Shown piece after piece: positions 49,701 to 58,092 of a stretch of 64,000 nucleotides of DNA. The DNA comes from Malacoraja senta (Eukaryota), in the NCBI GenBank assembly GCA_038087875.1, contig CM075996.1:4962001-5026000 (forward strand), read 5' to 3'. The first letter of the stretch is position 1. Each line of letters begins with the position of its first letter. A program made the position numbers and the translations under genes. The notes under the pieces are model-generated. The model saw only the letters and a program-made list of their open reading frames with translations, searched no databases and was not told the origin of the DNA.

Positions 49701-51703
49701 AGATGGTTAGCACACAAGAATAATCGTGGGTCTTTTTTATTGTGAATATCCAGTTGAATCATAGCTGTTATGTGGTTTGGCAAAGATAATCCAATCATAA
49801 TTTCTAGCAAAAGTAGCTTACAATTTAAGATTATGTTGATATATAGAAGCAAATTGCAATCATCTCCACATGGTCTCCTCTGCATTGGGGAAGTCAAACA
49901 TAAATTGGATCAGTGTTGTGGAACACCTCTGCTCACTTCACAAATGTTCCAAAGCATTCGCACATTTGTGAGTATCTGTCTACAGTATCAACATTGGTAT
50001 AAAGCTCAAGATATATCTCTAATTTGTGCTTTGCAGAATTTGCATTTCACATTAAATTAATTTCAATTATTCTGCGGTACACCACGTCAGAACTTTTGTT
50101 ATTGAATAATCCTTTCAATACCCAATTTTGCCTTGTACTATTGCCTCTGTCATTTAATTGCACAAGCCAAATACTAAATGTTGGCCTTTCCTCCTCCATC
50201 CCCCTTTCCCTTTCTTGATTTTAAAAAATCTAACTTTTATCAGTTTTCGTGATCATCAAGCAAAAATATTTACTATCATTCGTTCAACGGAGAGGGTCCA
50301 GAGGAGATTTACACAAATGATCCCAGGAATGAGTAGGCTAACATGTGATGAGCGTTTGACAGCACTGGGTCTATACTCGCTGGAGTTTAAAAGAATGAGG
50401 TGGGACCTCATTGAAACGTACAGACTAGTGACAGGCTCGGATACAGTGGATGGGGAGAGGATGTAGGAGAGTCTAGGACTAGAGGTCATAGCCACAGAAT
50501 TAAAGGACGTTCTTTTAGGAAAGAAATGAGGAGGAATTTCTTTAGTCAGAGAGGGGTGAATCTGTGGAAATCTTTGCCACAGAAGGTGTGGAGGCAAAGT
50601 CTGTGGATATATTTAAGGCAGAGATAGATTCTTGAACTATGGTGTCAGAGGTTATGCGGAGAAGGCAGAAGAATGGGGTTAGGAGGGAGAAATAGATCAA
50701 CCATGAATGTATGGCGGAGTAGACTCGATGGGCCAAATGGCCAAATTCTGCTCCTATCACTTATGATCTTATGAACACTTTTTTTCTATTGGGAAGACCA
50801 CCTTGAGTTAGCAGGCACTAGATCAATGAAGTATTTCAAGAACCGATTTCCAATTTCCAGCATCAGTACTAATAAATATTTGCCACATCCCCAATAGTGT
50901 CATTCGCGGAATAGAGGCTCATCACATTTTTTTAATGCAATTTCACTTTCATGTTAATGTACACAGTGCAAAATGCTTGGCTCTTACCTTGCTCAATGCC
51001 CCAGGCTGGGGTCCTTTGAGACCAGCTGCCATCTGAGGTGATCCTTGGGATAACGATTCAGCAAGTAGATTATTTGTGTTGGACATGCCTGGACTTGAGT
51101 ACTGTACATTAGGTCTGCCCCTTCCGGCACCAAGAGAACCGTTCATTACTTGTCCCTGGATCATGCCCTGAGTATTCACACTGTTCATCAGAGCTGGATT
51201 CATATTAGCATTCATGCTCATTCCTGCTTGGTTGGTTGGACTGTTTATACCAGGCATCAAACCGGTTGCTGACGTATGAAGCTGGTCGTGTTTTTGGGGG
51301 TTCGCGGACTGTGGCGTTGTAGGTCGCTGGCTGGCTCCACTTCCTCCAATCCCCATATTGGGAGGGGACGTAAGACCACCTTGCGTTAACGGGCTCTTGA
51401 CCATGCTACTTAAACTTCCTATACTGGGACTATTCTGTTGACTTTGGCTGCCTACGGACTGAACTGGACTATCCATGGATCGTGATGAGGCACCACCAGA
51501 ACTGACTGTTGCATGTCCCATGCTGATACTAGAACCACTGCCTCTCAGAAGTTCTGACAGTTGCTTGTGCTTCGAGGCAGCATCCTGCACCATGCCAACA
51601 CCAGTTAGCTGAGCCAAGTCACCTCCGTTTGTCAGTCCTAAAGGATCTGAACGGATCAATTCATCTGGCAAGTCATTCTCAAGATCAAAAAAGGGTCCAA
51701 AAT
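1557..51703 (-). CDS. EP300: EP300 (p300 acetyltransferase), coding exons 2-28 of 31 (gene extends beyond both window ends)
   Basis: 27 GT-AG exons in consistent phase, 4652 nt total. Residues match p300 rather than CBP as recalled: [61 protein letters not shown]. Confidence 0.95.
1790..1991. mobile_element. Palindromic Penelope-type terminal-repeat derivative
   Basis: Inverted arms GTGCTGCAGTAACTCAG...CTCTGGAGAACATGGATG / TATCCATGTTCTCCAGAG...CTGAGTTACTCCAGCAC. Confidence 0.7.
2571..2763. mobile_element. Palindromic Penelope-type insertion with 14-bp flanking duplication
   Basis: GACATAACTCTGAA at 2571-2584 and 2750-2763; near-perfect inverted arms centred near 2640. Confidence 0.8.
3604..3769 (-). 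CDS. EP300: EP300 exon 27 (HAT)
   Basis: [55 protein letters not shown]; cag/ and /gtattg; 166 nt. Confidence 0.96.
4145..4557. mobile_element. MITE with TAA TSD (PIF/Harbinger-like)
   Basis: TIRs AGGGCCTGTCCCACTTTCAC / GTGAAAGTTGGACAGGCCCT; TAA at 4142-4144 and 4558-4560; no coding capacity. Confidence 0.8.
4725..4838 (-). CDS. EP300: EP300 exon 26 (HAT)
   Basis: [38 protein letters not shown]; cag/ and /gtaagt; 114 nt. Confidence 0.96.
5374..5655 (-). mobile_element. tRNA-derived V-SINE (HE1-like), minus copy
   Basis: Reverse strand head GGTAGAGCTGCTGCCTCACAG...GGGTTCAATCC, body GGTTTCCTCCCACATCCAAAAGAC, tail CTCTAAACTCTAAA. Confidence 0.75.
5650..5960 (+). mobile_element. tRNA-derived V-SINE (HE1-like), plus copy
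   Basis: GGGTTCAACCCTGACCTC, V-domain-like TGTGGAGCTGGCATGTTTTCCCTGTG, 3' GAAGGGCCCGTTTACATGCTG. Confidence 0.75.
5980..6126 (-). CDS. EP300: EP300 exon 25 (HAT)
   Basis: [49 protein letters not shown]; cag/ and /gtaaat; 147 nt. Confidence 0.96.
6290..6740 (+). mobile_element. Penelope-like element 3' fragment encoding a GIY-YIG endonuclease domain
   Basis: Reading frame 6342-6668: [29 protein letters not shown]...EH...PVAQHFN...E...GLN, the GIY-YIG pattern at the C-terminus of PLE ORFs; no RT upstream. Confidence 0.85.
7010..7350 (-). mobile_element. Degenerate LINE/SINE 3' tails (CR1-type) with poly-C run
   Basis: GGAAACCGGCCCTTCAGCTCAAC...CTATCCATGTCCTATCCAAATGTC resembles other CR1-type 3' ends; C run ~7324-7343. 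Confidence 0.5.
7796..7946 (-). CDS. EP300: EP300 exon 24 (HAT N-terminus)
   Basis: [50 protein letters not shown]; cag/ and /gtgaga; 151 nt. Confidence 0.95.
8215..8311 (+). mobile_element. Penelope-type terminal-repeat copy with mutated hammerhead core
   Basis: CTGAAGA-AAGGTCTTGACCT-GAAT-CGTC followed by the family 3' block; CTTATCGTCCATGACAG repeated at 8171-8187 and 8323-8339. Confidence 0.7.
8963..9030 (-). CDS. EP300: EP300 exon 23 (PHD end)
   Basis: [22 protein letters not shown]; cag/ and /gtaagt; 68 nt. Confidence 0.95.
9172..9249 (-). CDS. EP300: EP300 exon 22 (PHD)
   Basis: [26 protein letters not shown]; cag/ and /gtaagt; 78 nt. Confidence 0.95.
9864..9920 (-). CDS. EP300: EP300 exon 21 (RING)
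   Basis: [19 protein letters not shown]; tag/ and /gtaagt; 57 nt. Confidence 0.95.
10186..10266 (-). CDS. EP300: EP300 exon 20 (RING)
   Basis: [27 protein letters not shown]; cag/ and /gtaagt; 81 nt. Confidence 0.95.
10492..11540 (+). mobile_element. Tc1-like transposon, 5'-truncated and frameshifted
   Basis: Transposase motifs [14 protein letters not shown] and SPDLNPIE across frames; right TIR ends GGAGGGCACTG then TA at 11541-11542. Confidence 0.92.
12390..12478 (-). CDS. EP300: EP300 exon 19 (RING)
   Basis: [30 protein letters not shown]; cag/ and /gtaaga; 89 nt. Confidence 0.95.
14152..14246 (+). mobile_element. Penelope-type terminal-repeat copy (hammerhead core with one substitution)
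   Basis: CTGAAAA-AGGGTCTCGACCC-GAAA-CGTC at 14155-14182. Confidence 0.75.
14530..14869 (+). mobile_element. Degenerate CR1 LINE ORF2 3' fragment
   Basis: [16 protein letters not shown]...[10 protein letters not shown]. Confidence 0.7.
14870..15085. mobile_element. Palindromic Penelope-type insertion nested in CR1
   Basis: Inverted arms centred near 14958; TACAAGATA(C/A)GGGG at 14856-14869 and 15086-15099. Confidence 0.7.
15110..15453 (+). mobile_element. Unclassified non-autonomous retroelement 3' part
   Basis: Shares TGCCTT..C.CACAGTG.G and CTGT.G.GG...GTT with 24150-24413 and 36835-37173; ends in ACTTACTTAC tail. Confidence 0.5.
16425..17050 (+). mobile_element. CR1 LINE 3' fragment
   Basis: [38 protein letters not shown]...[17 protein letters not shown]; 3' UTR ...GGGCCGAATGGCC. 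Confidence 0.9.
17492..17731 (-). CDS. EP300: EP300 exon 18 (bromodomain)
   Basis: [80 protein letters not shown]; gaag/ and /gtcagt; 240 nt. Confidence 0.96.
18738..18781. repeat. 15-bp tandem repeat, about 3 copies
   Basis: (AATATCTCCTTAGTT) x~3. Confidence 0.8.
18895..19617 (-). mobile_element. Unclassified GC-rich non-autonomous retroelement (~720 bp)
   Basis: 3' block ATACTTTATTAG.CAAGTATGTTTT..AACATACGAGGAATTT is shared with 14003-14112; 5' block CCAACAGTCTG.CTG is shared with 36835. Confidence 0.55.
20245..20363 (-). CDS. EP300: EP300 exon 17 (bromodomain)
   Basis: [39 protein letters not shown]; tag/ and /gtaagt; 119 nt. Confidence 0.96.
20560..21045 (+). mobile_element. Degenerate CR1 fragment
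   Basis: GTATTGTGTGCAGTTCTGGTCACC and AGAGTGCAGAGGAGAGTCACCAGGATG ([13 protein letters not shown] motifs). Confidence 0.65.
21251..21404 (-). CDS. EP300: EP300 exon 16 (acidic region with xKxE SUMO-type motifs)
   Basis: [51 protein letters not shown]; cag/ and /gtacgt; 154 nt; phase fits neighbours. Confidence 0.88.
21655..22145 (+). mobile_element. Rex1/Babar-type LINE 3' fragment
   Basis: [32 protein letters not shown] then [24 protein letters not shown]; tail AAAGCTTTTCACTGTACCTCGGTAC. Confidence 0.65.
22594..22779 (-). CDS. EP300: EP300 exon 15
   Basis: [62 protein letters not shown]; tag/ and /gtgcaa; 186 nt. Confidence 0.85.
23194..23637 (-). CDS. EP300: EP300 exon 14 (Pro/Gln-rich)
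   Basis: [17 protein letters not shown]...SLHQNSPSP...TPTPHQTPP...PPQHPSTP; tag/ and /gtgagt; 444 nt. Confidence 0.9.
24045..25025 (+). mobile_element. Degenerate CR1 fragment with nested insertion (~24150-24413)
   Basis: CR1-like GGCTTAAAAGTGGATTAATTGCCAGGGACTGATGAGATGTAT and GAGAGAATGCAGAGAAGATTCACAAGG; insert flanked by TAATCT. Confidence 0.55.
25714..25872 (-). CDS. EP300: EP300 exon 13
   Basis: [53 protein letters not shown]; cag/ and /gtatta; 159 nt. Confidence 0.88.
26186..26213 (-). ncRNA. Minimal hammerhead ribozyme-like core
   Basis: Minus strand CTGATGA-AGAGTCTAGACTT-GAAA-CG-TC; no stem I pairing in this copy; activity unproven. Confidence 0.5.
26219..26246 (+). ncRNA. Minimal hammerhead ribozyme-like core
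   Basis: CTGATGA-AGGGTCTCAACCC-GAAA-CG-TC; activity unproven. Confidence 0.5.
26999..27111 (-). CDS. EP300: EP300 exon 12
   Basis: [37 protein letters not shown]; cag/ and /gtttag; 113 nt. Confidence 0.88.
27403..28234. mobile_element. Fold-back non-autonomous DNA element with ~300-bp inverted arms
   Basis: Termini AAGCGAGTTCGGTATTCCGACT / AGTCGGAATACCGAACTCACTT; arms ~27403-27698 and ~27822-28234; same termini as 63091-63790. Confidence 0.85.
28114..28141 (-). ncRNA. Minimal hammerhead ribozyme-like core within a Penelope-type insert (28050-28141)
   Basis: Minus strand CTGAAGA-AGGGGTTTGGCCC-GAAA-CG-TT; insert flanked by AGAAA(C/T)GAAG at 28040-28049 and 28140-28149. Confidence 0.5.
29192..29269 (-). 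CDS. EP300: EP300 exon 11
   Basis: [25 protein letters not shown]; cag/ and /gtaaca; 78 nt. Confidence 0.9.
31116..31290 (-). CDS. EP300: EP300 exon 10 (KIX C-terminus)
   Basis: [35 protein letters not shown]...; cag/ and /gtaaga; 175 nt. Confidence 0.95.
31943..32060 (-). CDS. EP300: EP300 exon 9 (KIX)
   Basis: [39 protein letters not shown]; cag/ and /gtaaat; 118 nt. Confidence 0.95.
32362..32620 (-). mobile_element. CR1 LINE 3' end
   Basis: [34 protein letters not shown]; same 3' UTR as the 16425 copy. Confidence 0.85.
33194..33331 (-). CDS. EP300: EP300 exon 8 (KIX N-terminus)
   Basis: [46 protein letters not shown]; cag/ and /gtaagt; 138 nt. Confidence 0.95.
33535..33844 (+). mobile_element. 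Full-length tRNA-derived V-SINE (HE1-like)
   Basis: A box TGGCACAGCGG, B box GGTTCAATCC, V-domain-like TGGAGTTTGTATGTTCTCCCTGTG, tail TCTAAAGTCTAAAG. Confidence 0.85.
33969..34077 (-). CDS. EP300: EP300 exon 7
   Basis: [35 protein letters not shown]; tag/ and /gtaagt; 109 nt. Confidence 0.88.
34847..35089 (-). CDS. EP300: EP300 exon 6
   Basis: [14 protein letters not shown]...[24 protein letters not shown]...; cag/ and /gtaggt; 243 nt. Confidence 0.92.
36835..37173 (+). mobile_element. Unclassified non-autonomous retroelement (internally deleted relative of 18895-19617)
   Basis: 5' GGTGGCGCCAGCAATGGCTGCCTCACCAACAGTCTGTCTG; 3' tail CCTTTGAACCTTTGAA. Confidence 0.55.
37402..37515 (-). CDS. 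EP300: EP300 exon 5 (TAZ1/CH1)
   Basis: [37 protein letters not shown]; cag/ and /gtaagt; 114 nt. Confidence 0.96.
38385..39255 (+). repeat. G-rich degenerate minisatellite
   Basis: Recurring unit approximately GGGATCAGTACAGGATG(G/A)ATGGGG with long G runs. Confidence 0.85.
38664..38691 (-). ncRNA. Minimal hammerhead ribozyme-like core within a Penelope-type insert (38603-38695)
   Basis: Minus strand GT-CTGAAGA-AGGGTCTCGACCC-GAAA-CG-TT-GC; perfect stem II; about 2 bp of stem I. Confidence 0.55.
39419..39858. repeat. Near-perfect GC-rich inverted repeat (~205-bp arms, 21-nt pyrimidine spacer)
   Basis: Arms 39419-39622 and 39644-39858; the ORF track shows the same peptide on opposite strands. 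Confidence 0.92.
40282..40537 (-). CDS. EP300: EP300 exon 4 (TAZ1/CH1)
   Basis: PQQPSPVQQ...[60 protein letters not shown]; aag/ (or cag 6 nt further in) and /gtgagt; 256 nt. Confidence 0.93.
40641..42287 (-). mobile_element. Full-length Tc1-like transposon (DD34E, IR/DR-type ~220-bp TIRs), decayed ORF
   Basis: TA-CAGTGCCCTCCATAATGTTTGG ... CATTG-TA; inner repeat CCATAATGTTTGGGAC near 40850; HTH (PKSTVWDII), GRPRKT, QDND-34 residues-E. Confidence 0.95.
42420..43600 (+). mobile_element. Degenerate CR1 ORF2 (RT to 3' end)
   Basis: AGCGGAGTGCCATG, AAGTTTGTGATGATACAAAG (KFADDTK-like), AGAGATCTGGGGGTCCTGGTACAC (RDLGVLV). Confidence 0.75.
43851..44021 (-). CDS. EP300: EP300 exon 3
   Basis: [57 protein letters not shown]; tag/ and /gtgagt; 171 nt. 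Confidence 0.92.
45100..45294. mobile_element. Palindromic Penelope-type insertion with perfect 16-bp flanking duplication
   Basis: ACACCAAGTCACCAAA at 45100-45115 and 45279-45294; minus-strand hammerhead core 45178-45205 with GAAA changed to AAAA. Confidence 0.8.
47790..48127. mobile_element. Truncated MITE (right end only) of the AGGGCCTGTCCCACT family
   Basis: Ends AAGTGGGACAGGCCT followed by TTA; left boundary approximate. Confidence 0.6.
50285..50775 (+). mobile_element. CR1 LINE 3' fragment
   Basis: [44 protein letters not shown]; tail CTTATGATCTTATGA. Confidence 0.88.
50988..51703 (-). CDS. EP300: EP300 exon 2 (LxxLL nuclear-receptor interaction region)
   Basis: [16 protein letters not shown]...[16 protein letters not shown]...[12 protein letters not shown]...ALSK; cag/ and /gtaaga; 716 nt. 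Confidence 0.94.
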
Positions 51704-53045
51704 CTGCAAAGAAAAACAAACACAAATTTTAAAAAGTTTTCATTTGCAGGATATAATTGCAATCACTCCCATTTTGTTATCTACTCTACTTTCTCTCTGG
51801 TTTCTGCCACGAGTGCCAATTTTGAGGATCTTCGCAGAACTTCCAAAACCATCCCGTGGATTACTGGGTTACTGCAGACGATCAGCAATAAGACATCATC
51901 CCTTCTATAAGTAGAGCCACCATAAGTTCTATCAAAACTAGCTTCCATAATAAACATGGAACATAAATCAGCCGAAATGCTTTATACCAAACTACATGTT
52001 TCCTTTGAATGAGCTATAAAGACCCTTCTCGCATTTCCATCTTTAGTAGGAAGATAAAAAGGCCACACATTTCTTCAATAACAGGCCCCAAAGCAGAAGA
52101 ACAAACCAATTTAGGGGTTGAGCAGATAGGAATATACAAATTGAAGTTACAAGGTCATTAAAAATAGGATTCTGGTCCACAGGGATAGAATTGAAAGCAG
52201 AAATCTAAAGGCTTTGCCTGATCATACAAAGTATTTGCAACAATTTGAATCTTCACATTAGGTATGGGAACAAGGTAAGATGCAAGGATGTTTTACAAGG
52301 TGTCATAACTGAACAAGTATACCTTCACACCACAAGGAGCAATGGAGAAACACAGAAATTAAGAAATGCAATAGAAATAGAAAAAGCCTTTTTAGATCTG
52401 CTCAGCCATTCAACATTGTGACGCCACTATTTTGATTCCACTCTCCCACTCGAATACATAAAAAAAAATATTCTTCAAACAAAGTTTTGAATATATGGAA
52501 CAACAGACTCCATTGGGAAAGAGTTCCAAAACATGTGCCTCATCTCAGACCTAAAATAGTTGATCCTTATTTTCAGACTATAACATCAAGTTTTAGATTT
52601 TAAAAGGCGGGAGGAACTTTCAGAAATAACACTGTCGAGCCTGTGAGAACTATATATATCTGATACAATTTCTCCTTCTAAACTATAAGGATTATGCCTA
52701 CTTTAATGCTTCTGTTCAAATAATTATATCCACTTCCTTGAGAATCTAGCAATATGGGAAATGGTCTGTCTGCATCCACCCTATCAAAACTGTTCAGTGT
52801 CAAAAAATGCCCCTCAATCTCCCATACAAAGCCTGTTCCAGGGTTCCAAGAAATCTTGCTTAAAAATGCAATTCCTGAAACTTAATATCACTCGTGGTGA
52901 TCCTACTTTGTAAACATTGATCACCCTCAACCATCACTCCCACCGAGATATCTTTCAATAAACATTGAGACATAATCCAATCAATTTCCAGCATGGCTTT
53001 CCATTAACAAAGAAATTAGAAGTACCAAAGTAAGTTAAGAATCAT

Positions 53046-53141
53046 GCCGTCTTTAGCTTATGCTTGTTTTGGGGTTTAGTCCCCTTCAGTTTTCTCTTCA
53101 GCATATAAAAGGCACGCTCAATTGGGTTCAGATCGCGTGAT
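53046..53141 (-). mobile_element. Short internal Tc1 fragment
   Basis: Matches 53974-54072 (DLNPIE...LKRKLKG region). Confidence 0.8.
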
Positions 53142-53860
53142 CATCTGTACTTTATTGCAGACTCAAGTCACTAATGCAAGATTGAATGGAGGTTAAAATT
53201 CAGTTAACTGCCTTTTCTGCCAAGAGTTTACCAATTTAAACACAAAAGTTATGCAGGATGAAACTCTATCCCACCCATAAGGTTTAAACATGAGAATTGT
53301 TGAGATCAGGATTTGTTACAATAAGACAAAATCACAAATTTAGATATCAGTTCGTAATAATTTGCAAAACATAACCAATAACACAAAACATAATTAACTA
53401 GTACAACAATTTTCCAGAGTTACAAATAATCTTAAATTCCAAACTTCAGATTTTAAGCAAATTCTAGCATATATTTTAAACATTTTTCAAGCTGGTATTA
53501 ATAATCATAATTTTCATGGTATTCATTAATAACTGGATATAGTATATATATATATATATATACCATTGGTTTAATTATGGATAGTGTTAGGGAGTTTATT
53601 CCTAGTTTGAGTAAAGGAACCATATCAGTGGCCATAGGAAATGGACATTTCTGGCAGTATAAATTATACTGTATTTTCCTTTATAATTTATAAAAAGCGT
53701 TTTGAAGAGATGTAGGAGGTAAGCACTAAGTTATTGGATACTCATATCACTCAGGCTTTAGGCAACACAGATTTCCTCACCCTTCCCCATTCACTGCCAC
53801 CAGTCATTTAAACAAATGTATTCCAAATAGATATTAAAAAAAAAATTTAAACGATGTGCT

Positions 53861-55348
53861 GGTATTTTGTTGCATATCCTTCGCATGCAATGACTGCATG
53901 AAGTCTGCCATTCATGGACATCACCAGTTGCTGGGTGTCTTCTCTGGTGATGCTCTGCCAGGCCTGTATTGTAGCCATCTTTAGCTTATGCTTGTTTTGG
54001 GAGTTAGTCCCCTTCAGTTTTCTCTTCAGTGTATAAAAGGTATGCTCAATTGGGTTCATTCAGATCGGGTCATTGACATGGCCACTCAAGAATTGACCAT
54101 TTTTTTAGCTTTGAAAAACTCCTTTGTTGCTTTAGCAGCATGTTTGGGATCATTGTCTTGCTGTAGAATGAACCGCCAGCCAATGAGTTTTGAGGCATTT
54201 GTTTGAACTTGAGCAGATAGGATGTGTCTATACACTTCCGAATTCATTATGCTACTACCATCAGCAATTGTATCATCAATGAAGTTAAGTGAGCCAGTAC
54301 CTTCAGCAGCCATACTTGCCCAGGCCATAACACCCCCACCACCGTGTTTCCCAGATGAGGTGGTATTGCTTTGGATCTTGGGCAGTTCCTTCTTTCCTCC
54401 ATACTTTGCTCTTGCCATCACTCTGATATAAGTTAATCTTTGTCTCATCTGTCCACAAGACCTTTTTCCAGAATTGTGGTTGCTCGTTTAAGTACTTTTT
54501 GCAAACTGTAATATGGCCATCCTATTTTTGCGGCTAACCAGTGGTTTGCATCTTACAGTGTAGCCTCTGTATTTATATTCATGAAGTCTTCTCCAGACAG
54601 TGGTCATTGACAAATCCACACCCGACTCCTGAAGAGTGTTTCTGATCTGTCGGACAGGTGTTTGGGGATTTTTCTTTATTATAGAGAGAATCTTCTGTTT
54701 TCAGCTGTGGAGGTCTTCCTCGGCCTGCCAGTCCCTTCGCGATTAGTAAGCCCACCAGTGCTCTCTTTCTTCTTAATGATGTTCCAAACAGTGATTTTGA
54801 TAAGCCTATGGTTTGACTGATGTCTCGAACAGTTTTAGTCTTGTTTCTCAGTCTCATAATGGCTTCTTTGAATTTCATTGGCACAACTTTCTTCCTCACG
54901 TTGATAAACAGCAATAAAAATTTCAAAAGGTAATGGAAAGACAGTAGGAAAGACTAGGTGCTGATAGCTCTCTTACACCTGCATTAAGCAGGCAATTAAA
55001 CACACCTGAGCAATTACAAACCCCTGTGAAGCCATGTATCCCAACATTATGGTGCCCTGAAATGGGGGACTATATATAAACACCGCTGTAATTTCTACAT
55101 GGTGAAACCAAAATGTATAAAAATGGCCTTAAAAAAACTGACAATGTGCACATTAACCACATGTGATTCTTTCTATTACAAATTTCAAATTGTGGAGTAC
55201 AGAGGCAAATAAATAAATGATGGCTCTTTTCCCCCCCAAACATTATGGAGGGCACACAAAAATGCTGGAGAAACTCAGCGGATGCAGCAGCATCTTTGGA
55301 GCGAAGGAAATAGGCAACATTTTGGGCCGAAACCCTTGGAGGGCACTG
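53861..55348 (-). mobile_element. Tc1-like transposon lacking its 3' TIR; 5' TIR tip interrupted
   Basis: [26 protein letters not shown] in split frames; TIR ~55040-55348 ending CACTG. Confidence 0.92.
55256..55336 (-). mobile_element. Penelope-type insert within Tc1 TIR, 10-bp TSD
   Basis: TGGAGGGCAC at 55246-55255 and 55337-55346. Confidence 0.8.
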
Positions 55349-56934
55349 TGAGCAACCCTACTGGATCTCTGTCCAATCAAAAAGCAATAAATACTAATAC
55401 TCAGCAAGTGCTAATATTTATATTTCCTGAAGTACTATTAAATGATTACTCTTTAAAGCAACTCTAAGGCTCATCAAATATGATTATATTTTTAGAATCC
55501 CTGAAATAGGTACAACTTCCAAAGTAATACCTATGGAAATTTGTAGAAAATTATTTGTGTAGCTTCAGAGAAAATAACTTCAGAGAAAATACCCATGTGC
55601 AGACAATTTATATGCTCAAAACTGATGTTTAAATATTCGGATTCCTGGTTAAATCTACTAAAACAAGAATTCCACATATTGTAACTCTGGTATATTGCAG
55701 ATTTGGTATGTAAAATTCCAGTTTTATGCACTCATAACTCTTTCGTCTCTCTATTATGAGTGCAACTTAGTCAAATTACCGCGTATGGTATTGTACATTT
55801 TCTTTGCTTCTTCTGAAGCTTTCATACAAACACGTTCTCATTACCTGTAAACGTACAGATGCTTTAGATGATTATTTCAAAAAATGAAAACAGAAAACTC
55901 ATCTATATTCATGTAAAAGTAGAAACATTGCAATTATAATCAAGAAACTTGTATATCCTAAATCCCAAGGAATTGCTGAAGGATAACTTGCTTCCATTCC
56001 CATCTCCAAGATGCTGTGGAACCTGATCAGGCCACCTTGGGACACACAAACTCTGCCACAATTTTACAGGTGATACTTGTGGAACGGATAAGCAAATGGA
56101 GTGTTCAGGTGGTGTTGCACTCCCTCCATCATTTCCACTGAGCCCTCAAGATTCTTTCGTTCTATAGGTACTCCTCCACCCTTAAATGGTCACAGATTAG
56201 GAACAACGACAAACTGCTAGGAATGCTAGAGGACTAGTGTCTTGCCAACGTTTATTGCAAATTTAATTAAGGGATGCTTCAATGAATGACTCCGTAATCA
56301 CTTGCAACTCAACACTCAAATGTGCACATATACAGTGTTGTCTATGTACTGTACGTTTATGACCAGGATGAAGACACCTTGGTTCAGGAGTTGAACAAAT
56401 TACTTATTCGGCCTATAGGTTAGCATGCACATTGTATAACTAATTGAAAACATTTAAAAACCATGGACATTAAAAAAATAACTCAAAAAAATTAAGTAAA
56501 TCGAACTGTATTTGTCGGGAAACAATTAAAAATAAAAATCGACACTTAAAAGGAACAGTTCTTACTTTTTTAGATTACAAGATTAAAAAGGATTTTTTAG
56601 TTAAAAGAATTGAGCATTTTCCATACTTATTCCATACTAGATCACAGTTGGTCTGTGAATCAAATGCATGCAATGACATTGCCCATGTCATTTATTATCT
56701 TTTATCTATCAACCTCAGATTTAGAAACATAATAAAATAGGGGCAAGAGTACGTTATATGTACTAAATATCCAATTTTTTACAATTACTTAACCATTACT
56801 TTAAAAAAGACAATTTATCTAGCATAAACAAAAATATCACAACTAGGATAGAATAACTAAACAAAATCCCAAAACTAGGACAAATGTAAAGTTAATTGAC
56901 ACCCAATCAGGAGGTAACAGATTAAATATATAAA

Positions 56935-57400
56935 GTATGTTCACAAGGTTAATTCCCGGGTTGGCAGGACTGTCATATGCTGAGAGAATGGAGCTCTGGA
57001 ATTTAGAAGGATGAGAGGAGATCTTATTGAAACATATAAGATTATTAAGGGTTTGGGCATGCTGGAGGCCGGAAACATGTTCCTGATGTTCGGGGAGCCC
57101 AGAACCAGGGGCCACAGTTTAAGAATAAGGGGTAAGCCATTTAGAACGGAGATGAGGAAACACTTTTTCACACAGAGTTGTGAGTCTGTGGAATTCTCTG
57201 CCTCAGAGGGCAGTGGAGGCCGGTTTTCTGGATACTTTCAAAAGAGAGCTAGATAGGGCTCTTAAAGATAGCGGAGTCAGGGGATAATGGGAGAAGTCAG
57301 GAATGGGGTATTGATTGTGGATGATCAGCCATGATCACATTGAATGGCGGTGCTGGCTCGAAGGGCCGAATGGCCTACTCCTGCACCTTGTCTATTGTCT
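56935..57400 (+). mobile_element. CR1 LINE 3' fragment
   Basis: RRMRGDLIETYKIIKGL...[24 protein letters not shown]; tail TTGTCTATTGTCT. Confidence 0.88.
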
Positions 57401-57983
57401 GATGTACACCATTTTGCAAATATGGGAGATACAATGCATAGTGAAGTCACAAATAAAGATTGAACAAATCTATATCAGTTACATTTTGTCATTTTATCCT
57501 TTTTTTTTGCCATTTAACCCAATTTAAATAGGGGAAAATAGCTGTTGAACACTATTGTTATTAGATTGAAACAGGTATTTGCTAAAGCCACTAAACATTA
57601 AGATTACATCTAAATTTAATAGAACCATTACTTCATGTTTGAATGAACGAGATGACATGCTATATTTCAAAAGGAAATAAAGCTGTGCTATCAATTTATA
57701 TAGTTCACATTGAGATATTAGGAAAGTGTGAAAACTAACTCAAGAAATGGACCAACTGGAATGCTGCCAGTTATTAAAGCAGAGACAGAACTCAATTTCT
57801 AATGATGACAATAGATTAATAATTATGCGATGACATTGTTGCTCACTTGACGTGTAGCCATTAATTTAGTTTGGTAACTTCATAACTCCAGTCAACCCTT
57901 GTTTTAACAGAACTCTTTTGAACAGACTTCAGTTATAGCAGACGGACCTGCCAATGCCACCCCCGGCTTGCATGGTGACTATT

Positions 57984-58092
57984 AGGCAACGGCGAGTTCT
58001 TCTTCACCCACCACACGGTCTGGTTGATGTGGCTGTTGTTGCGACTCATGATGCAGCCCCTGACGACTGCACTTTCTTCAGGCAGCGCTGCC
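57984..58092 (-). pseudogene. Decayed histone H1 globular-domain-like fragment (copy 1)
   Basis: LKKVQS / frameshift / RGCIMSRNNSHINQTVWWVKKNSPL; nucleotide paralogue of 58358-58476. Confidence 0.4.

Noticed and set aside
1557..51703. CREBBP as the gene identity
   Set aside because: Diagnostic residues in TAZ1, KIX, bromodomain, RING and HAT consistently follow p300.
16425..57400. Apparent antisense orientation bias of CR1 fragments
   Set aside because: Too few copies to be meaningful, and antisense bias of intronic LINEs is ordinary.
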